A model generated the notes under the pieces. That model was not told where the DNA came from, searched no databases, and saw only the letters and a program-made list of their open reading frames with translations. A DNA stretch of 63,264 nucleotides, counting the filler, from Reticulomyxa filosa (Eukaryota > Protista > Foraminifera), in NCBI GenBank assembly GCA_000512085.1. It is 15 parts of 15 records of this genome, joined end to end, with 100 filler letters (N's around TTAATTAATTAA, not from the genome) between each part and the next. Parts side by side here need not be neighbours in the genome. Positions count along the whole stretch, not along the records: positions 39,411 to 40,594 come from ASPP01028008.1; positions 40,695 to 42,084 come from ASPP01003399.1; positions 42,185 to 44,996 come from ASPP01002811.1; positions 45,097 to 46,121 come from ASPP01018938.1; positions 46,222 to 47,708 come from ASPP01013184.1; positions 47,809 to 58,881 come from ASPP01002943.1; 9 more parts are not named here. One strand, 5' to 3'. Positions 39,420-52,327 of the stretch are shown one piece after another. The position numbers were made by a program, and so were the translations under genes. Numbering within the stretch: the stretch's first letter is position 1; every line of letters begins with the position of its first letter.

Positions 39420-40560
39420 GAAGTACAAATTAAGTATGATTTTGGTGTTCAACACTTGGATGCAATTGGTTAATATTATTTCTGTAATAATCCAAAAATG
39501 GGAAAATATTTATGCATTTTTCATTCAACTTTCTAATATTTGCATCCTTTAGGCAATTGCTTTTCATTAAAATTTGGCATTTTATTACATAGATAATGTC
39601 AGAGACCAAAGTGGAAAAAACAAATATATTTTTTTGAATCAACAAAATTGAAATATTTTCCATGTGAACAAACAATATTGTGTTGTAAAGATAATACCAT
39701 TCGGTTGTAGGACATAAATTAAGAATGGGAATACAGGAACTAGAAGAATATTCTGAGGAAGTAAAACAGCTAATCTAAAAAGAAAGGTACATCATATTGC
39801 AATTGCGACAAGACTATCACAATTTCAGTCCTTTTTACTTCGTTCTACTTTGAGTGTTCGATACTATGAAAAAACAATAGTAAATAGACATAAAAAAGCA
39901 ATCTAAAAAATTTTAAAAAATTAGTAGTGATTTGCAATGAAGAAAACAACATTTGAAATATCTCGTAATTTATGTTGCTATTTGAATACAATTTTCATTT
40001 ATGAGCAATAACACAAATTCAAATAATATGTAATATTCTTTGTCTTGTCTTTCTTTTTCAATCCAATAAATTTAAAACAAGTTATTCCATGATCCTCTTT
40101 ATCTCCTTTGATTATATACAATCATTCTTATTTGATCGAATATCCCAAAAACGAATTGTACACATTGAATTTTAAAGATAAGATTAGAGTTGATCGATGA
40201 TTCAATATTATCATGAAATAACTTGAGAAATGACCTTTTTCACATAAATGATTGGTAATTATGAATTTACCTTTTCAAATAGGTAAGAGGCTTTGGATTG
40301 TTAATAATTTTACAAAAACATAACAGCGCAGTGAACAGTATAACATTTTCTGCAGATGGTCGAAGATTGTTTTTGCAATTCATGACGGTTTTTTTAATTC
40401 AGTAGAAGTATTTACATTGAATAACAAACTACTGACTTCAAACACTGGTATTGTTTATTTGTATGTTTTGTCCAAAAAAACGGTAACATTTTCTTGAGTA
40501 TGGAATGTTAAATTGAAAAACTCACAACAAATTTTTTAAAAAATATTTCGAATCTTATTT
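39420..40560. pseudogene. Degraded WD40-family remnants
   Basis: Minus-strand TIRFWDIRSNK near 40130-40160 and plus-strand SAVNSITFSADGR near 40325-40365. No long ORF. Confidence 0.5.
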
Positions 40561-40594
40561 CATCCTTTTTATTCCAAAAAAGTTTAATTACTTG

Positions 40595-40694
40595 NNNNNN
40601 NNNNNNNNNNNNNNNNNNNNNNNNNNNNNNNNNNNNNNTTAATTAATTAANNNNNNNNNNNNNNNNNNNNNNNNNNNNNNNNNNNNNNNNNNNN
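40595..40694. other. Artificial contig linker
   Basis: N44-TTAATTAATTAA-N44. Confidence 0.97.
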
Positions 40695-41011
40695 CCCCAC
40701 ATAAATGAATATTATTGTCTCAAGAAAAATTAATAGATACGAAAATGCAATGATTGAATTGGGCTAATCACAACTTCAAATTAAATAAATCATATAAAAG
40801 CTAAAGAGTAGCTTTGGTGTACTCGGAAAAAAAATGACTATCATAAAACTAGTTATCAAAGTTGTTTGATTGTAAAGATTGAGAAGACACATAAAGAGTG
40901 TATTATATCTTTCTTTCGTTTCCGTTTTCTTAACAACAAGAGAAATTTTTTGTTTTTAAAGAGGTATAAACTTGTTCTTAAACACAAATCAACACTTATT
41001 TTTATTATTAT

Positions 41012-42047
41012 TCACAATAGCCCCCACAATCGAATTGTTTTATCATTAGAAGATGATACAATCATATTGCCATCTGGTGAAATATCTATTTCATTTATAG
41101 TATCCGAATGCCCTTCCAGTTTTTGTATTTCGACTTCCAAATTTATATCCCACAATCGAACTGTGCTACATATTAAACCAATAGTCTGTTCATCGGGAAA
41201 AAATCGCACATCGTTTGCAATGATATCGAATTTTTTTAATTGTATTCCCGACAGTGTATTCCATATTCGAACTGTCCTATCACTCGAACAAGATATAATA
41301 GATAAACCACTAGGAGAAAATCGCGCTTTCTTTACGTAATCAGTGTGTCCTTCCAACACGTGTATTGGTTCACCAGACTTCACATTCCAAATTACAACTG
41401 TGTTATCATTTGATGATGACACAATCATTTGGCAATCGGGTGAAAATTGTACGTCATTTATAATATCTGAATGCCCTTGCAATCTTTGGATCTCCTGTCC
41501 AGAATGTATGTCCCATATTCTTATTATATCATCATATGAAACAGACACAATACTTTTTCCATCTGATGCAAGCTGTACTTTTACTATGGTATTTGCATGT
41601 CCTTCCAGTTTTTTTATCTCGTTGTATGATCTTGTGTCCCATAAACGAATAGCGTCTCTAGAACATGATACAATCATATTCCCATCTGATGAAAATTCTG
41701 CGCTGTTAGCAATAGTTGAATGCCCTTTCAACTCTTTAATTTCAGTTCCTGACTCAACGTCCCATATTTTAACAGTTTGGTCCCAGGAACAAGAAATAAC
41801 TTTAGTGCAATCTGGTGACAATTTTGCAATGTTTACACAATCTAAATGACCTTCAAGCACTTTTAATGGCCTGAAATACTTTAGCTGTTAATTTGCAACA
41901 TAAAAACAAAAAATTGAAACGAATCATGCACATGAACAAAATTGTATACCAGAATATACCGTAAAATAATCACGTTAAAATCATCGATCCAGCCTGTCCT
42001 ACTGACTGATGATGTATGCACCCAATATTCGATTATCATTTCGATTT

Positions 42048-42048
<1 letters not shown>
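41012..42048 (-). CDS. WD40-repeat protein (5'-partial); exons 42048-41950, 41884-41012
   Basis: Seven WD repeats. The EIEMIIEYW...GWIDDFNVIILRY exon closely resembles that of the 2079-4326 gene. Confidence 0.88.
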
Positions 42049-42084
<36 letters not shown>

Positions 42085-42184
42085 NNNNNNNNNNNNNNNN
42101 NNNNNNNNNNNNNNNNNNNNNNNNNNNNTTAATTAATTAANNNNNNNNNNNNNNNNNNNNNNNNNNNNNNNNNNNNNNNNNNNN
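42085..42184. other. Artificial contig linker
   Basis: N44-TTAATTAATTAA-N44. Confidence 0.97.
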
Positions 42185-42554
42185 TACTTTTTTGTTGAAA
42201 ATATTATTTTGTGATTTATTTTTTAAGTTTTTTTTGATTTGATGTTTATTTTTTAAAATAGTTAAAATTGTCATTTTGTTCGATCAAAATTAGCAGAAAT
42301 AACAAAAAACAATTCGAATTAAAAATTGGAAATGATAAATTATTTCATCAATTAAAACGAACAACGATATCGTATTAAAAAAGAGTAACAAACAACCAAA
42401 AGTTTGATAAACGCTTTGCAAGATTTGCACTCAAGGAGCGACAAAACACAAAAACGACACATCAAATGACATGCCTCCATCGTTCTTTCGTTTGAATCGT
42501 GCCGGATATTTATAAGATATTGTGAAGGCTTTTGCTCTGCATTGCCACGAATGT

Positions 42555-43850
42555 TCACAATATGTTTGGCCTTGGCTTGGCCTTAGTCCTCTTGTTGTAC
42601 CCATGGGCGATGGGGAACGTATCCGACTCCTTCTTTGTGCCGGCGTAGGCCGTGGTAATTGGAGCTTCGTTACCGGAATGAGGACGAGATAGTGCTTTTT
42701 TATCCGAATGGTCCCCTGTGTCTTCATGTGCGTCCCTATCTTTGATATTGTAATAATCATCCCTAAACTTGCTGCTGCCACTGCTGTTCGTCTTTAATTT
42801 GTCTTGTTGGCTCGTGTTGTTATACTTGCTGTTCATGCTCGCCATTTCCATTGCTCCTTTTGAATGGCGATGATCCACGTCAGCATCGATATTGACATCA
42901 ACATCAACATCAACGTCCCTATCATCGTCATCGTTGGCGTTGGCGAGCGACGAGGGATTGGCCATGTCCGACCACTGATTCCATGTTTTCCCAATGTACA
43001 TACACAGCAAGATAAAAAAGATATGGAAAGATCCCCAAAAAAAATAAACGACAGCGATTGCGCGTTGTTCGCCAAACCACTCAATTCCACGCTCTCTGTG
43101 TTGTTGCTTCCAAATACGATGCACAATATGCTTCCTGCTATTATCGAAACCGAGACCAGCCATTCCAAGCGAGTCAACCGTTCTTTAAAATATCTTTATG
43201 TATGTATATGTTTATGATCAAGTTTGTATGAGTATGCGTAGGTGTATTACGACGCACACTTTTGCGCAATATTTTTTTTTTTTGAAATGAGATATTTTCA
43301 GAAAGGTATGTTATATACGTGTTATGTGTAATATGCAATTACTTGCTACTCATTCATGTTTGTATGTATATACGTATATGCATATATGTATAACACAAGA
43401 TAGAACTTAATATCCATGCCAACACAGCATTGATCAGAATGGACAATGATGCGGTAGGTGCTAATACTGTTAACAGGGCGTTGCTCACATAGAACAGCAA
43501 TCCAAGCCATTAGCGCTGTCTTTTGTACACTGGCCTTTCCACTTCACGCTTTGTTTCCTTTTTTTTTGTGTTGGTAATTTGTTGGCTTTGCGCAAAGAAC
43601 TAAGAACAGTAAGGAAGATAGGGAGTGGTAAAAAAAAAAAGGACCAATTGTTGCAAAAAGTTCAACTTTTCTGTGGGATAGGATAGCTTAATTTGGGTAT
43701 GTCCCATTGACACAAAAAATTCGGCGCATAGACCTAACGAAACGCCTTTTTGCAACCTGTTTTGTGTTTTGTTTGTTGTTGTAAAGATTTTCTTATTATG
43801 TTTCCAAGACCTTGCCACGAGTATGTATCTGCATGGAAAAGAGAGCCCTA
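42555..43850 (-). pseudogene. NIPA/DMT-family magnesium-transporter-like gene, apparently decayed
   Basis: WLGLLFYV...LAPTASLSILINAVLAW...ERLTRLEWL..SIIAGSILCIVFG pattern, with an in-frame stop and missing C-terminal helices. Confidence 0.55.
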
Positions 43851-44089
43851 TTTTGTCTGCAAAGACTAAACCTACCAATTCCTGTGCTTCCGTTCATCAT
43901 TTTTTTTTTTCTGAATTCCAACTCAAACAAAAACTTTTTCAGGTTCAGTTGGTTTTACTTGTGACACAATAAACAAAAAGTCTACCTTTTGAGCAACAAA
44001 CCTTGTCTAAATCCAAAAAAACAAAGCTTTCTGTTGATTAAATCTAAATGGGGCCAGACAAAGGAGAGAGGAGAGGGAAGGGAAAAGAA

Positions 44090-44830
44090 ATGGAAGAAAA
44101 ATTCAAAAAAAATTCATGGGAGCCAATCTTGACTATTAGTAAAGCAAGAAAATGAACACTCTTCAACGCAAGTCATTTTTGCAAAGTCATTGGCATAGTC
44201 TGTTGAGAAACTCACGAGGGAGTCATTTGCCTGCCATAGAAGCGGGCGTAGTTTTGCCTCGACACTGGCGAAGTACCAGGGGCCAACACCGACACCGACA
44301 CAAGCGCCAAAAAAAGGCGAGCAAGACATGGAAGACGTGAATTTCCAAAGGATATTAGAAAACCACAAAACAGCGCACGAAATGAAAGAGGTAGGAGCGT
44401 TTACGAAATTCTCGGAATTTTCCGAGAACTTAGCAAAAGACCTAAAAGACAACGCATTGCCATACAAACAGAAGATCGACAAATTGAGACGTCAAACGTA
44501 TCATTCAACGACTTGGACCGCATAATGAACAACAGTTCCAAGATATGCTATTGCAAATGCCGAACGCGAAGATTGCAAGAATATTTGGCCTCGTTATTGC
44601 GTCTGGACCCAATAAAAGACAAAGCATTGATAGAATTGAAGGAAAGAGTGCAATGGATCTTACGAAAGCATCGTTTGGACGCAGTGCCATTGACAGCATT
44701 TTTTCGCGCGAATGGATATTGGGACGTGTTGAAAAGTACGAAGAAATACGGCAAATTCGAAGACGTGATGTTATTGATTGGACTGAAGCTTGCCTTCGCG
44801 AAGGATGCTTTTGGCAAAGCGCAGGTATGA
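44090..44830 (+). pseudogene. Interrupted coding-like region, product unknown
   Basis: Protein-like composition broken by stops and a frameshift. No motif recognised. Confidence 0.3.
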
Positions 44831-44996
44831 TCTCGAAGTACGTATACAAAAGTTGGGTGGATACTCACACGCCAGTCAGCTGCTTGGCATCCCTCTTCAA
44901 ACACCTCCTTTACATACTTATCATTTCAATTTATTCAATGTAGCCAAAACACTTCAGGTTTTTTTTTAACAAAAAAAAAAAAGTTTAAGTTTTTAA

Positions 44997-45096
44997 NNNN
45001 NNNNNNNNNNNNNNNNNNNNNNNNNNNNNNNNNNNNNNNNTTAATTAATTAANNNNNNNNNNNNNNNNNNNNNNNNNNNNNNNNNNNNNNNNNNNN
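44997..45096. other. Artificial contig linker
   Basis: N44-TTAATTAATTAA-N44. Confidence 0.97.
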
Positions 45097-46121
45097 AACA
45101 ATGGACTTCTCGATGATCGCGCAAGGGACCCCGATTAGTTGAAAAAATAAAGTACTTGTATTTTACTTTTTTAGCAAAAGAGGGATTTCCAATGCTTTCT
45201 TCTTCCACAGTCTGAAGGAGCTAGTCACATAAATAATATATCAATGAATTTTTTTTACTCATATTTTTTTAAAACTTCAGTATTTGTATTTTATGGATCC
45301 TTTAATTCAAATGTGAACGCGTACTCTATAACTTCAAACAGAACTATACTTTAACCTTCTCTGTTATATCTGCAATACTATAAACTATTTAAAACACGCT
45401 TTAACACGTTCCAAAAAGAAATTTTATGGTGTGTTATTTTCATTTGGTTTATGTAGAAAATAATCAATTCAATAAAAACAAATTCAGAGTATATAGTAAT
45501 TGAATAAAATAGTATCATTTACGTGTTAGCATTAAAAACAAGTTTAATAGTATCTGATTATGTATAAGTGTAAATTTCATGTATTGTTTTCTAAAAATTT
45601 TTGCATTGTCAAAAGTCAAAAACAAATGTTTACATGCGATGAACAATAAAAAATTATTATAACCGTTTTTTTATGTTTTCTTGTATTTCAAAGTACTTCG
45701 ATGCCTTTTTTTAAAGAAAATTATATATTCAAAATCATACTAAACCGTAAAAAAAAATTATAAATTCCCATAATTTAATGTTTTTTTTCAAAAGTTTTGT
45801 AAAATTTTTTCTCGCATTCGAATCTTAAATACGTCAAATTTTCATTAACAACATTGCAAAACTCGTTCCATGACAATATCTACAATTTCTTTTGTGCTAA
45901 TGTGTCATTTTATTGCTTTTGCGCCGAGTATTGATTTTTGTGTAACGATGGGGATTTGTTGTATTTGTTTAAATTACTCTGTGTTGTTGGAGAAGTTTGA
46001 CTTTGAATAATACATTGGTTTTCATCGTACATTTCAGCAAATCAACACATTGCTGCAGACCAGCCCAATAGTTGATTGATACAATATTTCAAAAGCAGCC
46101 TCACTCAAATCAAAAATGAGC

Positions 46122-46221
46122 NNNNNNNNNNNNNNNNNNNNNNNNNNNNNNNNNNNNNNNNNNNNTTAATTAATTAANNNNNNNNNNNNNNNNNNNNNNN
46201 NNNNNNNNNNNNNNNNNNNNN
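46122..46221. other. Artificial contig linker
   Basis: N44-TTAATTAATTAA-N44. Confidence 0.97.
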
Positions 46222-46352
46222 TTTTTTTTTTTTGAAGCAAAGCCAAAACAACTAATGGATGACCCAATTCAATAATTTAAAAAAAAGTCAAAGCAAACAA
46301 ACCAAAAAGAATGCCTTTGTCGATTTGTGTTATTTGAACGGTGGGGAATTCC

Positions 46353-47650
46353 TCAAAACGGAAGGTCGAGGACTTGACGAGGAGAGGACCGAGGGACCTG
46401 TTTTTTGAACTTAACCCTATTAGAAGCAGACAGAAAAAGATGTGTGAAAAGAAGAAGAGCATGTAATGAATAGAGTATAGCACAAAGATAACATTTGTGT
46501 ATAATGAAGAGCGCAGTCAAAGCGACAACAACGCCGCCAATGACGCGAACCCCGTGATCGCTAATGAGTGGTTGTTCCGAGTGCCTTTGGACCGGCGCGG
46601 AGCCTTCAGGGATGTCAAGACCATTCATGCCTTGTCCAGAAGAGGACATGATGTTATTGGCAATTGCATAGCTACTTCCAGGTTCAGTCATAGGCACAGC
46701 GGCCATATAGGAAGAGGCCACGCCATTACCATTGATACCAACACCGCTGCCATTGTCCATCAAAAGAGACGAATCGTAATATCCGGGTGCATTATTATTG
46801 ACAATGCCCCGAATAAGATTTACGTTAACATTGGCATTGGGCTGAGACAGAGACTGTGTCAAGCTCACAGCACCCAGATGCGAGTGGTTCAAACTTTGTT
46901 GCAGCTGTTGTGGCTGTGACTGGACATTGGCCATTTGGTATTCGCGCATCAACATTGCTCTGGAATCCGGAGACAATGGATGAGCTGAGACATTTTGAGA
47001 GCCATGGAAATCCATACCCAAGCCATCCTTTTTTTTTTTTATATTTTGAAATTGTGTAAAATGTTGACTCCCCCCCCTTTTTTGTTATTCGATGGAAGGA
47101 AAGAAACTACTTTACACAAATCAAAGAAATGAATGCACGAATAAATACCAATTACCTGGCACATGCTCAAACATAGTGTTGGTATAAGACAAGGTGGACT
47201 CTCTTCGCGATATATCGAACATGGGCTGATTTGTGGCAGCAACGTGTCGTTCATTGACGACATTGCTATATCCCGGAGACGGTGTTCGAGTGCTGTTTGC
47301 TTTGTCTTTGGCAAATTGCCCATATTTCAGACTGCTGCGTCTTTGCGACTCTCTGTCGTCATCACTTCGATATTCTCGCTCTCTGTCTCGTCCATAGTTG
47401 TTTCCTCTTTCTCTTTCTCGTTCTTGTTCTTTTTCGCGTTTCTTTTCTTTAATCTTTTCTTGCTCTTCTTGTTCCTTCAGTTGACTCAGCTGCTGTTGCA
47501 AGTTTTCAATGCGATGTTGCGACTCGCTCAAGTGCTCCTCTTTCACCTTCACCTCTTTGTCCAACTTTTTCATTTTCGTTTCGTACGTTTGCAAGTCGTC
47601 AGTGGCGTCGTCAATGTGGTCTTGGACAAATGTCAGTGTCTCTTGCAATT
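46353..47650 (-). CDS. Hypothetical coiled-coil / low-complexity protein (partial, with introns)
   Basis: Two exon-like ORFs (E/K/Q-rich coil, then N/S/G-rich) flanked by GT-AG introns. Confidence 0.5.
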
Positions 47651-47672
47651 CCTATTGATTCAACATTCACCC

Positions 47673-47708
<36 letters not shown>

Positions 47709-47808
47709 NNNNNNNNNNNNNNNNNNNNNNNNNNNNNNNNNNNNNNNNNNNNTTAATTAATTAANNNNNNNNNNNNNNNNNNNNNNNNNNNNNNNNNNNN
47801 NNNNNNNN
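47709..47808. other. Artificial contig linker
   Basis: N44-TTAATTAATTAA-N44. Confidence 0.97.
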
Positions 47809-50800
47809 ATATATATATATATATGTATATATATTTAAACTCAACAGCTCTTGTTCTTGGATGGACCTTAAACAATAAATTCAAATATTTTAAATAAGAG
47901 TGACACAATTTGCTCACGTTCAAATCTTCAACAACGCTACCATTCAAAACGCATTCGTAAATGAATTTGCGGACAAACCATGGTTGAACGTGTGGGAAAT
48001 GAGCGACAGCCAAAGGGTAAATGAGGTCACCAACATTATTCTCACAAAACAATTGTAGATACTCTAATAGATACAAAGGTGATTGCAAAGTATCCAAAGC
48101 CTTAATCAAAGTATCCCATCTCTTTTGTGTATGCAATGCTTCCAATATATTTTTTCTTGTATTGGTATCGTAGTTTCGGAATGCGGAGACATCAAATGTT
48201 GATAAATCGCTGTTACTGCCTACCGCTGCTACATTGATAGTGGAAATGGATGTAGTCTTGATATCCATCTGCTCATAGTTAGATTGCAATTGATATTTCT
48301 CTTGCTCCGCTTGCAAATGGGATAATTGTCTCAAAAGATTATGCAAGCGATGAGTATTTCCCAATTGAATAAGCCATTTAAAATCGACAACACCCAAAAA
48401 TTTTTTTACTAATTCCAGTATATTTTTTTCCTAGTTCTTTTCAAACAAACCAAAAAAAAATTATTATTATTATTATATTAATTATTACTTTTTTTTTGAA
48501 GATATTGAAAAACTTCTCCCATTTCCAATCGAACAGAGATAAATACTGACAACATTCTTGTGACAACAGTGGCAAGTGATTCTCCGACGCTATTTCGCCA
48601 TTGGAAAAACATGCGATGATTCAATCCACCAGCGCCCGAGAACATTTCAAATTCTCCCATCAGCGAGGCCATACGTTGCATTAATTCGGGGTGTGTATTG
48701 TAGTTAATAGTGCACAGTGTGACATAGTTATGTGTGTGCATCCCCGTTGAAACGGTTGTATCCTTGCTGTGGTGTTGCTCTTCAAATTCGGGATCATTCC
48801 GCAGTGCTCGACGCAGCAAGTAGTCGATCTTTTGCGCCTCGTTTAGGACCTTGTGTACGGATGGCAAGGTATTGGTGACAGCTATCGTGATTTCTTTTTC
48901 AGCGCTTCGAGGGGTGACCGCTCGACTCGCAGTTGCACTGCTGGCGTCGGTGGCAAGGTCTGAGGAAGCCACGTCGACTTCGGTGATCCTTTTACATTTG
49001 TATTTGCATTTGCATTTGCATTTGCATTTGCATTTGCATTTGCATTTGCATTTGCATTTGCATTTGCATTTGCATTTGCATTTGCATTTGCATCCATTCC
49101 ACAAGGCAAGCAAAACAAAAACAAAATGAAATGAAATAAAAAGGAAATGAGACAATGAATGTAAATGTGAAACCTGGGCTTAACAATGTCCGAATCCGAG
49201 GCCAAGGAAAGCGACACGACAGTGGAGAGATTTGGCTTGGCGGTTTCGATATGGGCAAACTTGGACTTTTTTTTGGTCTTTTTGATCGGACCGCCGGCAC
49301 TTTTGGCGGTGTTAGTGGCGACGAGCGTGACAGTTTCGACTGACTCGTCTGCGTCTTTGAACTCATTGGACGCGGCGGTGACAGGCAGAGGCTTTGCAGG
49401 AGAAACGGGCGTGGTTGCAATGGTGTCGTTGTCAACAGTCAGTTTAGTGGTGTCAGTGTGAATCGAGAGGCGGTCTTCTTCGATTGCGCTTTGCGCGTCC
49501 AGCGCAGTGTTGTCTTTCTGCGCGCTGTCTTGTAATTTCTTACGTTCGGGTTTTTTGTTCACGTACGAGAAAAGAGCCGAATTTTTCACCGAATCAAACA
49601 TTTCTTTCGATTTCTGCAATATTGCCTCACTCGTTACCGACAATGTGTTGCTATCGCCTCGCGACATTTCCGAAGGTCCTATTTTTTTTTTTTCCCCAAT
49701 CCATAATCACCATCTCACTATCATAATTGTCTTTGTAATGTGTGTCACAAACAATGTTTTTCAAAAAATACCATTGACATTCTCTACACTAATGACATCT
49801 TGCAATTTTCGGACATTGGTAAACTCAGGCTTGTTCCATCCCTTTCCACTGGCTTCACTCTGTTCTTTTTCTTTTTCTCTCTCTCTTTCCTTTTCCTTTT
49901 CTCGCTCCCTCTCTTTATCCTTTTCCTCCTTTTCTTTCAGCAGTTTGTAGCCGTCGAAGCTTGTCTCGCCCTCGTGGTGTGTCGCGTCGACACTCTTCCA
50001 CTCCGCGTCCTTGGACTCCTGCGCGCCCACGGCCATCGACAACTGGTTGTCCGTGCTCTGTTTCGTCTGCTCCAAGTACAAATCGAAGCGATGCATCGTG
50101 GCGCGGTCGATGCGATGTGCATGTCCTTCTTCTGATTGCAGCAATTTGGCGCGCTGGAGCAGCTGCCAGTCACGCAGCTTGTATGTGCAAATTACATCCA
50201 TGGCGGTGGCAATTTTCTTTTCGCTATACAATAGAGAAATCAGACATTTTTTTTTTTTTAAAAAAAAAAAAAGGGGTGAAAAAAAAAAAAAAAGTTGAAC
50301 TTGAGCAAGACTTCAACAGCATCTCTTGGAGGCACCAATGACACTTTTCCCAAGGACACCACATCGCCCAACAAAGGGGCAGCGGCGGACGACGAGCTAG
50401 GGGCGTTTGCCGAGTACTTTTGAAACAAGAGGAAAAACGAGTGCTGCTGCTCGGTGACACAGCAATCGATGATGCGTCCGAGATAGGGATACCACTGCAC
50501 AATCTTGGGCTGAATGTTGTGGTCGATGTATAGCACTTTCAAGCCCCAATTGTTTAGTTTGCTGCTGCCGTCCAATGATGGATGCGTGTATGCCAAGATC
50601 CAATTGCCAAACGGCAGCAGGATGCCCAGCTGCTTCACTGTGTCAGACTTGCCTTTCACTTCGCCCTCATCTCCACCACCACCACCACCACCGCCGCTAC
50701 TGCTACTATGGACTTCCGTGGTAAACGGATTGAAGTCGTTCATATGTTGTGGTAGCTCAAATATTAGTGTCTTTGTTACTTTTCCAGAGTTGCTATCACC

Positions 50801-51939
50801 AATGGCTACTTGTCCGGATTTGCGTGCGGATAATACCTATTTATTTTTTAAATGTATTTATTTATTTGAAAAAAAAAAAAAATGAAACTTGTGCACAGCC
50901 TTGATCCGATCGACAATCAAAACAACCTCCGTAATAGCCATTTCTCAATTTGGTGCCTACGGGATAGATCTTCAACAACGACGCCGTGGTTTTGTTGGCT
51001 TTGGAGAACGAGACTGCGGACGACGTCGGAACCAAGGATGAAGACGAAGATGAGGGGTCCGCGTCGAATAGACGCTTCTCTCCGACAGCTGATTTGCCGT
51101 CGTCATTGGCGACGCTGTTGGAATCGGTGATGGTGGTGTTGCCTAACACGCCCTGGGCGTTGGGTCCCATGGTCGCCTGGATGAGCGGGGTAAAGTCCAG
51201 TACCAACGCCTGCTTGAAACACGACACCAATAGATAACACTTTTTGAACGACATTTGAATGATGACATCATTTGTGTGATACAACGGCAACACCAAGTCC
51301 ACGTCAAAGTTGTTCTTGTGCAGACTTACTATGCTGTGACTGAACGATATCAACACGAGCAGACCCGACTTCAATGCCACTACCAACTTTTGTCCCATTG
51401 GATTCACGCTCGTACTCTCCGGCAAGTTTGGCAATCCACACCATTCCATCCATCGCACACCTCCTATTGCACTCCCGTCTATTGCTATGTTCGTCACATT
51501 CAACGCCTTTGGCAAACTGCTTGCCAAGTCGATCCTGTGCATCACTCGGCTGGATCCATTTATTGTGTTCACTGATAACATGTATATATGGCTCGACTCC
51601 GTACCCACTGCCAACGTCGTTTCCGGTCTTTTTGGTATATTTTTGTCTTTTTTCTTTTTTCCTTTTTTTGCTTTGCTCTTGTTTTTCTCAAAACTGTGCT
51701 GCTTTGTCCAGAAAACATATGAAATTGATCAAGCCGAGCTTATGCTTGTCCAATGTCGGCGGTACCAGTGATATTACATCCCCTAAAAGGCGCAGCGTTT
51801 TGGATGAGTGTATGTAAACTGTGCCTATCGAAGTCGCTAGTGCCACCAGCTCTTGACAAGAATCTAAACAGGTAAACACATAGCGCTTCCCTTCGCGCTG
51901 GATTTCACGATGATCAAAATGGAATATGGGCTCTTCCAT
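47809..51939 (-). CDS. HPS5/TECPR2-like beta-propeller protein, multi-exon, 3'-partial
   Basis: FTCLDSCQELVALATSIGTVYI, IIQMSFKKCYLLVS, VGTKLRNGYYGGCF and SARKSG resemble the HPS5/TECPR2 N-terminal propeller as recalled; no search was run. Confidence 0.65.
48995..49093. repeat. (CATTTG)n hexanucleotide microsatellite, probably intronic
   Basis: Tandem repeat seen directly in the sequence. Confidence 0.9.
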
Positions 51940-52327
51940 TATTGTTTTATTATTATTATGGTTTTTTTTTAGTCGCAAATTTTGAAAAGGCCCCTTATAA
52001 CGAATGCTTTCGCTTTTGGAATTTGTTAGCAAACATAACTTTCTTTTAAAAAAAAAAGGAAAATGTGCCTCAGAAGCTGAAGATAAGCGTATCAAAAATA
52101 CACAGGTTTCCGACAGTGAGATATGCACTCTACATTGTGATTGAAATTGCTGAAAATTATCACAGCTAAAACAGAACGGCACAGCAATGAAGTAACAGTT
52201 AACATGTACCATGTTTGTAAAAGCTTTATCCTCAAAAAAGATACAGAAACAGATTTGTTTTGTTAACGACGGGATAGCAATGGAGTGAACGAACAGGAAG
52301 GCAAATAATTCAATAAAAAAATTAGTG